A DNA stretch of 64,000 nt, taken from contig CM059431.1 of the NCBI GenBank assembly GCA_030390025.1, positions 135,286,001 to 135,350,000 on the forward strand, given 5' to 3'. Below are positions 48,962 to 62,768 of this stretch, one piece after another (position 1 is the stretch's first letter; each line of letters opens with the position of its first letter). The position numbers and the translations under genes are program-made. The DNA comes from Squalus acanthias (taxonomy: Eukaryota). The notes under the pieces are model-generated. The model made no database searches, was not told the DNA's origin, and was given only the letters and a program-made list of their open reading frames with translations.

Positions 48962-50580
48962 TCATAGAATCATAGAATCATAGAAAGTTACAGCACGGAA
49001 GGAGGCCATTTCGGCCCATCGTGTCCGCACCGGCCAACAACGAGCTATCCAGCCTAATCCCACTTCCCAGCTCTTGGTCCGTAGCCCTGCAGGTTAGCAG
49101 CATCCCAAGTGGACATCCAAGTACTTTTTAAATGTGGTTAGTGTTCCTGCCTCTACCACCCTTTCAGGCAGTGAGTTCCAGACCCCCACAACCCTCTGGG
49201 TGAAGAAATTTCCCCTCAAATCCCCTCTAAACCTTCCACCAATTACTTTAAATCTGTGCCCCCTGGTTTTTGACCCCTCTGCTAAGGGAAATAGGCCCTT
49301 TCTATCCACTTTATCTATGCCCCTCATAATTTTATGTACCTCAATAAGGTCTTCCCTCAGCCTCCTCTGTTTCAAGGAAAACAGACCCAGCCTATCCAGT
49401 CTTTCCTCATAGCTAAGATTCTCTACTCCCGGCAACATCCTTGTAAATCTCCTCTGTACCCTCTCTAGTGCAATCACATCTTTCCTGTAATGTGGTGACC
49501 AGAACTGCACGCAGTACTCTAGCTGAGGCCTAACTAGTGTTTTATACATTTGAAGCATAACCCCCCTGTTCTTGTATTCTATGCCATGGCTAATAAAGGC
49601 AAGCATTCCGTATGCCTTCTTAACCACCTTATCTACCTGGTCTGCTACCTTCAGGGGTCTGTGGACATGCACTCCAAGGTCCCTTTGTTCCTCTACACTA
49701 CTCAGTGTCCTACCATTTAATGTGTATTCCTTTCCTTGTTAGCCCTCCCCAAATGCATTACCTCACACTTCTCTGGATTGAATTCCATTTGCCGCTGTTC
49801 TGCCTACCTGACCAATTTATTGATATCTTCCTGCAGTCTACAGCTTCCTTCTTCAGTATCAACCACACAGCCGATTTTAGTATCATCTGCAAACTTCTTA
49901 ATCATACCCCCTATATTCAAGTCTAGATCATTGATATATACCACAAAAAGCAAGGGACCTAGTACTGAGCCCTGCGGAACCCCACTGGAAACAGCCTTCC
50001 AGTCACAAAAACACCCATCAACCATTGCCCTCTGCTTCCTGTCTCCGAGTCAGTTTTGAATCCAACTTGACACTTTGCCCTGGATCCCATGGGCTTTTAA
50101 CTTGGGGACCAGTCTGCCATGTGGAACCTTATCAAAAGCCTTGCTAAAGTCCATATAAACTACATCAAATGCACTACCCTCATCTACCCTCCTTGTTACC
50201 TCCTCAAAAAATTCAATCAAGTTTGTCAGACACGACCTTCCCTTAACAAATCCGTGCTGACTATCCTTGATTGATCCGTGTCTTTCTAAATGAAGATTTA
50301 TCCTGTCCTTCAGAATTCTTTCCAATAATTTCCCACCACCGAGGTTAGGCTGACTGGCCTGTAATTACTCAGTCTATCCTTTTCTCCCTTTTTAAACAAG
50401 GGCACCACATTAGCAGTCCTCCAGTCCTCCGGCACCACACCTGAAGCCAGAGAGGATTGAAAAATGATGGTCAGGGCCTCTGCTATTTCCTCTTTTGCTT
50501 CGCTTAACAGCCTGGAATACATTTCATCCGGGCCTGGGGATTTATCCACTTTTAAAGCTGCTAAACCCCTTTATACTTCT
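48962..50580 (-). mobile_element. 5'-truncated CR1
   Basis: (gattctat)n tail; RT ORF pieces 49094-50549. Confidence 0.93.
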
Positions 50581-50800
50581 GTCACCTGAATTCTCTTCTG
50601 CACTGGCTTACTTGGAAACTTACAGTTGTACCTTAGAAACGTCACAAATAATGAATTAGTGTATTATTATAACTCAGTGATACTCACTGTCACATTGAGA
50701 GTTACTTATTCTGACCTCCCTCGCCCTTCCAGGGATCCAAACTGTTAGCTAAGCAAATCTGCCACATGGAAGGCAAGATAATCACAACATAGAAGTATGT

Positions 50801-50987
50801 GGGAGTAATTTTGACATTGTGCGATACTGGAAAATGGGCAATAGCGAATCAGCAGCCAGTTTTACAATTCTCCTGATTTTTGATTCCACTGAAGTAAAAT
50901 AAACATCGGGAGAGATGTGCATTCACTATAAAGTGGCCCATTCGCTATCACCCAATTTACAATATCGAACAAAGTCAAATTTACCCC
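50801..50987. mobile_element. Short palindromic MITE
   Basis: gggagtaattttgac / gtcaaatttacccc; internal dyad symmetry; related half copy at about 33240-33320. Confidence 0.65.
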
Positions 50988-51851
50988 ATTGTGTGTCTGA
51001 GTGCCTCAGTAAAGTAATAAAAATAGAAGAAAGTGGAATAGGTGGAAGCCAGAGTGAAGAGAATTATTTAAAAATTGTTTATAAGTTTTTATTTTAACTG
51101 TATATTACAGAAATAAAAGCACCTTTGATATTTGAGTAACTTTAATTTTGTGAAGCGTTTGTTTCAGTGTGTAAGCAGAAAATTTAAGACAATAATTCCC
51201 CTGGTCCTACTAGCAATCTAACAGTAAAATTGTGCAATGAGAAAGGGTTAATTAATACGCTTGCAGTAAAGGGGAACTTTAGGGAAGAGGGACCATAATA
51301 TGATAGAATTTTATATTAAGTACGAAAGTGATTTAGTTAAATCGGAAACTAGGGTCTTAATACTAAACAAAGCAAACTACGTAGGTATGAGGGGTGAGTT
51401 GGCTAAGGTAGATTGGGAAACTACATTAAAAGGTATGACAGTGGACGAGCAATGGCTAGCATTTAAAGAATGCATACATAATCTACAACAAATATACATT
51501 CCTTTAAGGCACAAAAACCCCACAGGAAAAGTGATCCAACCGTGGCTAACAAGAGAAGTTAAAATAGTTTTACATCAAAGTAAGAGGCTTATAATGTTGC
51601 CAAAAGAGCAGTAAGCCTGAGGATTGGGAGGATTTTAGAATTCAGCAAAGGAGGACCAAGAAATTGATAAAGAAAGGGAACATAGAATATGAGAGTAAAC
51701 TAGTGAGAGACTTAAAAACAGACTGTAAAAGCTTCTATAGGTATGTAAAAAGGAAAAGATTAGTGAAAGTGATGATGGGTCCCTTAGAGGCTGAGACAGG
51801 AGAAATTATAATGGGGAATAGGAAATGGCAGAGAAATTAAACAAATCCTTT

Positions 51852-52612
51852 GGGCTGTATTTTGAATGACCCATGGAGTCGGGTTTGGAGGCGTGTGGGG
51901 GGTTAGATTTGCGGGGTCGGGGTTTCCGACCCCATCCTGACTCCATCCCGCCTCCACGCAATTTTGACAAAATCAGTCACAGGGTTCCCGACTCCGTCCC
52001 GCCTCCAAGAGGCGGGAGAGGCCATTAAAGCCCTTAACAAGCCCTAAATTGGCTCTGTAATGCCATTTTGAAACGTTGTAGCTAGTTTAACCCTTTTCTG
52101 ACGTGAAGTACGCCTGGTGTGAAACACTCCAGTGAAACCTGGTGGGAGCACAAGTGGATAGCTGACTATGAGCTGCAGGTCCACTATTACAACGGAGATG
52201 TGATGAAGGTAGTAGTAGTAGTATGTCTGAAAGTCGCCTCTGATGCTGCTGCATTGAATGTGTTCAGAGACTGCCGGCCTTTGCTGTGCGAGGACTTGGA
52301 TGCAAACAATTTTTTCTCTCTCTCTCTCTCTGTCTCTCTCTCTCTCTCTCCTCACATCAGAAGCAATGCAGACAGGTCCTCTCTCACCAGTAGCCAGACA
52401 ATCTCTGAGAGCAGGCAGTCATCATTGCTGACATCATCAGAGGTGGGTTTCAGACTCAAACCACTAATTAGTTCATGGGTTCCCACATGCTGCAACTCAA
52501 TTGCCCAATTAAGTGAAAATTGCATCAGGCACCCACATTAATCTGGAGTCGGGGGGGAACACAAAATGCGGATTACAAGACCCCAACCCGACCCCAAGAC
52601 AAAATCCAGCCC
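51852..52612. mobile_element. Harbinger-type MITE
   Basis: TIR gggctgtattttg / caaaatccagccc; TSD ttt. Confidence 0.88.
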
Positions 52613-53391
52613 TTTGTGTCTGTCTTCACGGAAGAAGACGCAAAAAACCTCCTGGAAATAGTGGAGAACCAAGGGTCTAGCGAGAATGAGAAACTGAAAG
52701 AAATTAGTATTAGTAAAAAAGGAGTACTGGAGAAATTAATGGGACTGAAAGCCGATAAATCCAATGGACCTGATGGCCTACATCAAAGGGTTTTGAAAGA
52801 GGTGGCTATAGAGATAGTGGATGAATTGGTTGCCATCTTCCAAAATTCCATTGATTCTAGAATGCGGATTGAAAGGTAGCAAATGTAACCCCACTATTTA
52901 AGAAAGGAGGGAGAGAGAAAATGGGGAACTACAGACCAGTTAGCCTGACATCAGTAATAGGGAAAATGCTAGAATCTATTATTAAGGATGTTGTAACAGG
53001 GCACTTAGAAAATAATAATAGGATTGGGCAGAGTCAACACGGATTTATGAAAGGGAAATCATGTTTGACGAATCTGTTAGAGTTTTTTGAGGTTGTTACT
53101 AGCAGAATAGACAAGGGGGAACCAGTGGATGTGATGTATTTGGATATTCAGAAGGAATTCAATAAGGTGTCACACAAGAGGTTATTAAACAAAATTAGGG
53201 CTCATGGGATTGGGGGTAATATACAAGCATGGATTGAGGATTGGTTAACGGACAGAAAACAGAGCGTAGGAATAAACGGGTCATTTTCGGGTTAGCAGGC
53301 TGTAACTAGTGGGGTACCGCAAGGACCAGTGCCTGGGCCTCAGCTATTCACAATCTACATCAATGATTTGGATGAGGGGACCAAATGTAAT

Positions 53392-54135
53392 GGCCCAGAA
53401 ATTGATCTCGCTCTGTTCCCGCGGGGGTAAGGCTTCCCCGCGATCTCTCACTCCGCTTGTGCTTTTTCAGATCCAGCTCGCACGAACTTGATGTTCCAGA
53501 CATCAGCTGGGCAGTGCTTGCGTATCCCACCGGCGTAGTGAATTCGTGCGAGCTGTGGGATCACGTGACTCAGTTAGAGCCAATGGCAGCACACCATCTT
53601 CCATTCATAAGTTTCACATACGTGCTGTGAAATCTATGAATCTTACACCCCCCCAAAATAACAGCTAAACCTCAATTAAATTTTTTTTAAAAAACCATCA
53701 CATTAATAAAATAAGTATAGTTAAATAAATTAACCATTTTAAATAAAAAATTAAATTTTTGAAAAAATTTAAAATCTTTTAAAAAGTTATAAAAATAAAC
53801 TCACCTGTCTTTAAAGTCTCTAAAAAAGATATACCTGTTAAAAAAAAATCAAAAAAATACTTAATTCACTACTTACCTTGTTAAAAGTGGGTCTTACTCC
53901 TCCTTTTTCCATTTCTAAAATCTTCCGTACTTACCTGCGTGTCCAAAGCATGAAGTGCACAGCGTGCGCGCAGCCTGTAGCGCGCACGCGATGCACCGAG
54001 GAACCGCCCCTTTTCAAAAGAGCAATTGCCGGTTTTCAGCGCATGCGCAGGGCATGCAGAAAACCGGCAATTGGAGTGGGAATACGCGAGAGTACGCAGT
54101 GCGTACTCTCGCGTCGCGGGATCAATTTCTGGGCC
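53392..54135 (-). mobile_element. Harbinger-type MITE, family A
   Basis: Perfect 16-bp TIR ggcccagaaattgatc; TSD aat; removing it restores the CR1 sequence tgtaatatatcc. Confidence 0.95.
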
Positions 54136-55723
54136 AATATATCCAAGTTTGCTGATGATACAAATCTAGGTGGGAATGTAAGTTGTGAGGAGGATGCAAA
54201 GAGGCTTCAAGGGGATATAGACAAGCTAAGTGAGTGGGCAAGAACATGGCAAATGGAATATAATGTGGAGAAATGTGAAGTTATCCACTTTGGTAGGAAA
54301 AATAGAAAAGCAGAGTATTTTTTAAATGGTGAGAGATTGGGAAAAGTTAGTGGTCAGAGGGACCTGGGTGTCCTTGTACATGAATCACTGAAAGTTAACA
54401 TGCAGGTACAGCAAGCAATTAGGAAAGCAAATGGTATGTTGGCCTTTATTACAAGAGGATTTGATATAAGAGTAAAGACGTCTTACTGCAATTGTATAGG
54501 GCTCTGGTGAGACCACACCTGGAGTATTGTGTACAGTTTTGGTCTCCTTACCTAAGGAAGGATATACTTGCCATAGAGGGAGCTCAATGAAGGTTCACCA
54601 GACTGATTCCTGGGATGGGGCGATTGTCCTGTGAGGAGAGATTGAGTAGACTAGGCCTATATTCTCTGGAGTTTAGAAGAATGAGAGGTGATCTCATTGA
54701 AACATACAAAATTCTTACAGGGCTTGACAGGGTAGATGCAGGGAGGATGTTTCCCCTGGCTGGGGAGTCTAGAACCAGGGTCACAGTCTCAGAATAAGGG
54801 GTCGGCCATTTAGGACTGAGATGAGGAGAAATTTTTTCATTCAGAGGGTGGTGAATCTTTGAAATTCTCTACCCCAGAGGGCTGTGGAGGCTCAGTCGTT
54901 GAGTATATTCAAGGCTGAAATCGATAGATTTTTGGATTATAAGGGAATCAAGGGATGCGGCTCGGCTCTCCCTAAAGAATCTGGTGTCCGCGGGGGGAGA
55001 AGAGGCGGGAGCGGGGTGCGGGGTAAGTGTAAGTACTCCAAAGAAAGACGGGGAGTTGGACATCTCGAAGAGCAGAAGGGGGCAAGACAAGGAGAGGTTG
55101 CAAGAGGCAGCAGGACGGGAGCTGGGAGACAAAGACACCAGAAGGGAGCAGGATAGGTGCAGGTGCGCCATTGTCCCAGAGAGAGAAGAAACAGGGAGCA
55201 AGGATCAACGGTAAAGATGAGGCCGAAGGGAGTAGCACTGTTGGAGAAACCGTGATAGCAGGAAGACTCTCTAAGGGATATTATGTATCTGACGGGGAGC
55301 AGGGACGGGAAGTTACAGAAGAGCTCGAGAGTGAGGGGGCAGAGGGGGACAGAGACATGGAAGTGGGGGGGTAGGGTGGGGTGGCATCGTGTGGAAAGGG
55401 AAAGGTTAGTGAGGGGCAGAAGGAGGGAGAAGGAGCAGATCCTCGGCCCAAACCTAATGTAAGGAAGAGGCTGAAACTGCAGGGAGAGTTCAAACAGGAG
55501 GTGAAAAAGAGCCAGAGGCTGCAGGAGAAAGTAACAGCTGCCCAAAAAGTTGGGAAGGAGCATGAGAGGAGGGAAGGGCCGGAGTTTAAATGATGGGGGG
55601 ATTATCAAGCACACTTCCCTTATTCGGAGCCATGATTACATTGATCTTGATTGATGTGAATGGACTGAGTGATGAGAAGACATTGTAGCAGTTGTTGTAG
55701 TGTTTTAAAGGCACTGACTTGTT

Positions 55724-56580
55724 GGCCGGGATCTTACCTGAAGAGGCGCGTTGGGGGCGGGACTGCTGCCTTTCGGGTTCTAGTCCTGCCCCCAGTGACG
55801 TCTGACGCACAGATGCTATTTTGCGTCAGTTGGCCTTGTTAAGCCCGCCCTGTGGGCTTGCCGGCCAATTAAGAGAAAGCCGGTGTCAGATGACATCAGT
55901 TGATGATGCGTCATCTGCCGGTTTTCTTAAAGGGGCCACCACCATTTCTTTTTGACAGATGATTTTTTCAGTGTTTGACAGCATTGAGGTGCTGTAAACA
56001 CTGACAATCACTGTACAAAGGTGAGCCCTTGCACCTTGGCTCTCCAGTGACTCTCTCCTTAGGCTAAAACAGATGGCAGCTGCAGGTGAGGTTACAGAAG
56101 CGACCTGTCACTGGTGAGAGATGTTCTCCCGATGAGGTGGGACTACACAAACACTTCAAAGCTTGTCACGTACAGAAAATTCTAAACACATTAAAAATTA
56201 CTTTCCCAACATTTTCTTACCTCTGCAACTGACCAGTGTCCCATTGGATCCTTCACACCACTTCTGCAGCTGTCATCTATACACAAACATTACAGTAGAC
56301 CCACAGTACACCACACTTACCCTGGCGGGGTTTCCCGATGTCGGGAAGCCCGCAGTAAAAATGTCAAAATTGGAAAAAGCCTCTTAACTGCCTGTTAACT
56401 ACCTGTTAACAAGCAGTTAAGTGGCTATAATCCTCTTCCCACTGTTAGTAGTCGGGTCCCTGTGCAAAATGGGGACCCGACTCCCGGAAATATTGATTGG
56501 AAGGTGGGTCGCAATCTTTTTGATTTTGCCCGCAGTCCCACCTTCAAACCCAACCCCTGAGTTCTGGCAAAATTGCCCCC
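55724..56580. mobile_element. Older Harbinger-type MITE inside the Tx1 endonuclease domain
   Basis: Splits the reading GTDL / LCLQET; degenerate TIRs ggccgggatcttacc / ggcaaaattgccccc. Confidence 0.7.
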
Positions 56581-57914
56581 ATTGTGTCTGCAAGAAACCT
56601 TTTGGGATGAGGATATCCTAGAAAGAATTTGGAAGGTTTGGAATGGAGAGGTGTTTGCAAGTTGTGCAAACAATAACTGTAGAGGGGTGGCTGTTTTGGT
56701 GAGTCCGTCCATAAAAGAGAACGTTGCCTTGGTGGACAAGGACACTGAAGGGAGATTTTTACGGCTAAAGGTAAAAATGGAGCAAATTAATTGCAATCTC
56801 TTTAATATCTATGCACCAAACAACCAATGCAAGCGTCACAAGTTTTTTCAGTGGTTATTCACTGAAGGGGCAGAGATGGAAAACCCTTGTACAGTGGGGA
56901 TTTTAATGTATTTTTTATCTCGGATAGACATTTCAGCCCAGATGACCTTTAAGGATGATAACTCCAGAGGGATGATTGTAAATATGATGGCAAATTTAAA
57001 TTTGAGAGACTTATGGAGGGATCGGAACCCCATAAAAAGGGAGTTCTCCAGAAGAGGTTGGGTAGGTGATGTTTTAAAACAGAGCCGAATAGATTTTGTG
57101 TTAATGCGGGAAGGGTTAAGATCTGAGGTGATGGAGATTTATTACAAAAAAGTATTTTTTAGTGACCACTTGGCTTTGGTTCTTAGAATTAGGAACAGCA
57201 GAGTTAAGATCAGCCCAGGGGTGTGGATTTTAAACAATCAATACCTGAAAGAAATTGCTTATAAAGGGATTTTAAATATAATAAAGAATGCTCGGAAGGA
57301 ACCTTTATTCTTGAAAGAAAGAAGAGATTCGTGGGACAATTTCAAATATGAGGTAAAAGTTGTTGGAAAGAGAGAGCAGCAGCTAACTGGCGTCGAGAAG
57401 AGAATATAAACAGAAGGTTTACGGATATCTGTAAAGCAGTTGATGGAGGGGATAAGGGAGCAGAGACTAAGTGGGTGGTTTTAAAGGAAGAGTGGGAATT
57501 ATTGCAAGCTGAAAAATTGCAAGGGGGCCATTCTCTGTGCAAAGGCGTTGGAGGGAGAAAGAGGCACTCGATATTTTCTAGAGCAAGAGAAGCTGTGACA
57601 GAGATTATCATTAATTGAAGAGTTGAAGGTTGGGGAGAAGATCATTAATGAATGTGGGAAGATTTTGGAGGCGGCTAGTAGCTTTTTATCGAGAGTTATA
57701 TACAAAAGAAGACATTTCCAAATTGGCGATGGAGAAGGTTAGTGCTTTTATTGAAGAGGGTTTAAAGGAGGATGAGAGAAGCATGTGTGACAAAGAAGTA
57801 GGATTAACGGAAATAAAAGTAGCAATAAGTGGAATGAAGCGGGGGGGGGGGGGGGGGAAGCCCAGGGTCTGATGGACTAAGTGCAGAACTTTATAAAGAA
57901 TTTTTAGAGATTTT

Positions 57915-58794
57915 GGGGGAGAAATTCGATATCGCCCCGTTTGGGGCGCAATTATCGGCCGGGCGCAAAGTTTAGCGCCTGGCGCTAATTATCGCCTCTG
58001 ACTGCAAACTTGGCTTCTATCACCCCTGGAGGTGATTGGAGCGCTAAATCAGGCGCTACACACCTGTCTTAAGGCGCTAACGTTGAGGAGCGAGGCGCTA
58101 CCTCAGAGCGCTGGCGAAGCTCATGTGATGTCAGTCAGCAATGGAACACAGACACAATGGCGCTGGCCAGTTCTTAAAGGGGAGGGTCGATCTTGCTCTC
58201 CATCCACATCCTGCTCATTGCAGCCTTGAATCTCGGCCTGGAGACACCTGTACATCAAATCTGCTGGAAAGAACAATGGAGAGTCCAAGGGAAAGATGTC
58301 AGAGTGCAGCCCCCATAGTCTCTTCTAAATTGATGCAAGTTAGATCAAATCAAAATGAACCTGCAAAGTGCTGCTCAGTACCCAAAACTCCTCAACACAG
58401 CATTGAATATCTCCAGAAGTCTCTCTTTCTCACTCAGAATGCGTGGTGCAAAAATGTCGCCGAAAAAAAAGGCAGGAACCGGTTGCCTTTAATTAACACT
58501 CCCCCAGTCCCTTCCCGACTGCAAAATGCTCCCCTCAACCTGTCGTTGCTAGCGGCAGGTGGCAAGGCAGGGGGCACCACTCAATATCTGGTCCGGGGCG
58601 CTACCAGGGCGTTGCACGCTCCACTGACGTCACGATCTGCAGGTGCAGGAGATCATGGCAGTAGTGTTTAGCGCCGCCGCAAAATGTCTGGTCAATTTTG
58701 CAGTTCGCCACACCCGGGCGCTAGTTGCTTTTCGCCCCATTAGCGCACTCTTAAGGCGCTAACGGGAGGTGCAAACCAACCAAATTTTTCACCC
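57915..58794. mobile_element. Harbinger-type MITE, family C
   Basis: TIR gggggagaaatt / aatttttcaccc; TSD ttt; removal restores E-I-L-S-P in the Tx1 frame. Confidence 0.9.
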
Positions 58795-61177
58795 TTTAAG
58801 TCCATTGCTCTTAGAGGTTTTTAAGGAGATTAAAATTGAGGGAAGCCTGGCCCCATCTATGAGGCGAGGTATCATAAGCTTAGCTTATAAAAATAAAGGG
58901 GATAGAAGGGATCTGAAGAATTGGAGGCCCATCACATTATTAAATGTGGATTATAAGATCTTGGCGAGGGTTATGGCAAATTGTATGAAGGAGGTGATGC
59001 TGCAGATAGTTTTGCCCTCTCAGTCCTAGTGAGTTATAGGCCGGGACATTGCAGACTCTGTGGTCTCAATCCGAGATGCGATCGAGCTCATGGAAGAGAG
59101 TGGGAGGGAGGCTTATGCGTTAAAGATAGATCAAGAGAAAGCCTTTGATAGGGTCTCTCATGAGTTTTTATTGATGGTTTTGGAAGCACTTTGTTTCAGG
59201 AAAAATTTCATTGAGTGGATAAGGATTTTTTATTCCAAACATATTTAGCTGTGTTAAATGTAATGGTTTTTTATCCAAGCATTTTCCGATACAGAGGTCA
59301 GTGAGACAGGGTTGTCCCCTGTCCCCATTGTTGTACACATTGGTAGCAGAACCATTAGGTTACATGATGCGAAAGGAACAAGGTGTAGTCGAGAGTGTGG
59401 TTCTCAGTTGCGGGCGGGTGTCGGTGATACATCAATATGCAGATGACACACCTTAATGTTGAGAGATGGAGAGTCAGTAAAGAAAGCTTTGAGTGTAGTG
59501 GAGGAGTATTGTAGAGCTTCAGGAGCCAGAATGAATTATAGTAAGTCCCATTGCCTGGTTGCGGGAAGGGGTAGGGGGGAATGGTTGGAGGAAAGTCCCT
59601 TTAAGGTGGTGGGGGTTTTGGAGGTTCTGGGGGTGCATATGGGGTGCAAGAAGGACAGGGATGAAGTGGATCGATTAAATTGGGAACCGAAGGTTATAAA
59701 AATTTAAAAGATTTTGGGAAGATGGGAAAGAAGGTGGTTGAAAGTGCAAGGAAGAGCGACAGTGGTGTCCGCTCTCCTGCTATCTAAACTATGGTACTTA
59801 TTGACGGTGGAGGATATTCCTGAGTGGGTGGAAAAGTCCATCTGAGAGGCTTGTGTGAGGTTTTTATGGGAAGGGAAACCAGCCTTGGTTGCTTACAATA
59901 CCATCATTGGACGGAGAAATCAGGGAGGACTCAATTTCTCAGATATTGATTTGAAGAAAAAATCCTTTAGAACCAAATGGGTGAAGAGATTTCTTCAGAA
60001 GTCAAATACAAGTTTTTGGAAGAGTTGTATTGAGCATTTTTAAAAACGAAGTGGGATAGGAGGACAGGGGATATTTTATATGGAATACAATAATATGTTC
60101 CTGAAATTGATTAAACCTCTCCCTAGGTTTTATAAGGGGGTTGTGGAGACTTGGGCCCAATTTTTAAAAAGTGTGCAGTTTATACCCAAGGGTGCTGAGG
60201 AATTTTTAGAACAGCCCTTATTTTTGAACAGGTGGGTCAACATTGAAGGAGAGGTATTATTTAATCAAGCTTTTATAAAAGCTGGTATTATACATGTGAA
60301 AGATGTATTATGTGAGGTAGTTCCAAGTTGGTTGCTGGAAGTGGTAGTGAAGGACATGATTTGTGAGGAGGATCAGGAGGTAGAGGAAAAAGCAATTATG
60401 ATCATGTATGAAAAGATTGTGAGGGCAATGCCGCAGGATTGGATGGAAGAAATAAATGCGCAAATTTCCAATGGAAGTAAAATGCGTCCCGCTTTTCCAA
60501 GCTTTCTGCTGGAGAAAGAGGAGGAGTTGATCCAGTTTGACAACTGTAATACTCGAGATTTCTATGGAGTATTAAGAGAATGGAAATTCAAGACACCTGC
60601 TGGTCAGGAGTTTTGGCAGAGTATATATCCACAGCTGGACTTCAACAGTATTTAGAAGGGAGTGTGGGTGAATTTTAAATGTCCAGATTGGATTGAACTG
60701 GATTTCAAATTGGCTCATAACCGGATTTTTACCATGATGGTCTTGTATAAGATTGGGCGAGTGGAGGTGGTAACTTGCCCAGTGTGTGGGACACGGGATG
60801 AGACTCTGTCCCATTTGCTGGTGTTATGTCCGCAGTTAAAGAATTTTAAGTACTATGTTCGACAGTTGTGTGAGTTTTTTTGCTGGTTGGGGACTGAAGA
60901 GTGAGAATGGGAATCCCGTGGAACTCAATTTTGAGATGGGGATTGCAGGAGTGTCTGGCCGAGTCTAGCGGAGTGGCAATTAATTTAATGTTCAGTTTGG
61001 CTAGATTCGTGATTGTGCAAAGAAGGAATGCTCTGTTTTTTAAGGGGAGGAGAATAAATCTAAAAGAGTTTTTTAAATATTAGCGAAAATAAGGCTCTGT
61101 GGATGTTTTATTCAGAAAGGAATTTAAAGATAGTATTTTATGATCAATTTTTAAAGTACAATAGATTAATAGATTAA

Positions 61178-62610
61178 TTCAAGAAGGGTAGTAGAGATAA
61201 ACCAGGGAATTACAGGCCAGTGAGCCTAACATCAGTGGTAGGGAAATTATTGGAAAAAATTCTGAGGGACAGAATTAGTCTCCACTTGGAGAGGCAGGGA
61301 TTAATCAGGGATAGTCAGCATGGCTTTGTCAGGGGGAGATCATGTCTGACCAATTTGATAGAATTTTTCGAGGGGGTGACTAGGTGTGTGGATGAGGGTA
61401 GTGCAGTTGATGTAGTCTACATGGACTTCAGTAAGGCTTTTGACAAAGTCCCACATGGGAGACTGGTCAAGAAGGTAAGAGCCCATGGGATCCAGGGCAA
61501 CTTGGCACATTGGATCGAAAATTGGCTTAGTGGCAGGAGGCAGAGGGTGATGGTTGAAGGTTGTTTTTGTGACTGGAAGCCTGTATCCAGTGGTGTACCG
61601 CAGGGATCGGTGCTGGGTCCTTTGCTGTTTGTAGTGTACATTAATGATTTAGATATGAATGTAGGAGGTATGATCAGTAAGTTCGCAGATGACATGAAAA
61701 TTGGTGGAGTGGTAAATAGCGAGGAGGGAAGCCTCAGACTACAGGACGATATAGATGGGTTGGTTAGATGGGCAGAACAGTGGCAAATGGAATTTAACCC
61801 TGAAAAGTGTGAGGTGATGCATTTTGGGAGGACTAACAAGGCAAGGGAATACACAATGAATGGTAGGACCCTAGGAAGGACAGAGGATCAGAGGGACCTT
61901 GGTGTGCATGCACATAGATCCCTGAAGGCAGCAGGACAGGTAGATAAGGTGGTTAAAAAGGCATATGGGATACTTGCCTTCATTAGCCGAGGCATAGAAT
62001 ATAAGAGCAGGGAGGTTATGATGGAGCTGTACAAAACGCTAGTTAGGCCACAGCTGGAATACTGTGTGCAGTTCTGGTCGCCACACTATAGGAGGGATGT
62101 GATTGCATTGGAGAGGGTGCAGAGGAGATTCACCAGGATGCTACCTGGGCTGGAGCGCTTCAGCTATGAAGAGAGACTAGACAGGCTGGGGTTGTCTTCC
62201 TTAGAGCAGAGAAGGCTGAGGGGGGACCTGATTGAGGTGTACAAAATTATGAGGGGCATAGATAGGGTAGATAGAAAGGAACTTTTCCCCTTAGTAGAGG
62301 GGTCAATAACCAGGGGGCATAGTTTCAAGGTAAGGGGCAGGAGGTTTAGAGGGGATTTGAGGAAAAACTTTTTCACCCAGAGGGTGGTTGGAATCTGGAA
62401 CTCACTGCCTGAAAGGGTGGTAGAGGCAGAAACCCTCACAACATTCAAGAAGCATTTAGATGAGCACTTGAAACGCCATAGCATACAAGGCTACGGACCA
62501 AGTGCTGGAAAATGGGATTAGAATAGACAGGACTTGATGGCTGGCGCGGACACGATGGGCCGAAGGGCCTCTTTCTGTGCTGTATAACTCTATGACTCTA
62601 TCTATGACTC
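61178..62610 (+). mobile_element. Young 5'-truncated CR1 with open RT frame
   Basis: Track ORF 61220-62521 (433 aa) without stops; (tatgactc)n tail; very similar to the CR1 at 1-850. Confidence 0.95.
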
Positions 62611-62768
62611 TAATATATGTTACGGGAGACACATTAAACTTTTTGATGTTAATATGTGGTGGTGGAATGGCTGTGCAGAGTGGCGGAATGGATTTGTATG
62701 ATACAATGGAATGATCATGATGCTGTAAATGTTTTTAATGTTCAATCAATAATATATTAAAAAAGACG

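Larger units (their letters stand above)
51230..54956 (+). mobile_element. CR1 ORF2 fragment with two MITE insertions
   Basis: Track ORFs 51300-51614, 52921-53295, 54136-54510 region and 54615-54797 carry CR1 motifs and join across the MITEs. Confidence 0.9.
54957..62764 (+). mobile_element. Tx1/L1-clade LINE (ORF1 tail, ORF2 from about 55632 to 61080, 3' UTR, A-rich end), decayed, with three insertions
   Basis: DVNGL, LCLQET, NIYAPN, SRIDF, FSDH; KNWRPITLLNVDYKIL, DQEKAFDRV, VRQGCPLSP, YADD; CPVC...ETLSHLLVLC; ends caataatatattaaaaaa. Confidence 0.88.

Noticed and set aside
58141..58671. 176-aa ORF in MITE family C
   Set aside because: No recognisable motif; the homologous frame at 44867-45229 stops earlier.
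140..62484. Many antisense ORFs (e.g. 140-562, 14314-14823, 61417-61854)
   Set aside because: Shadow frames opposite CR1 RT coding sequence.
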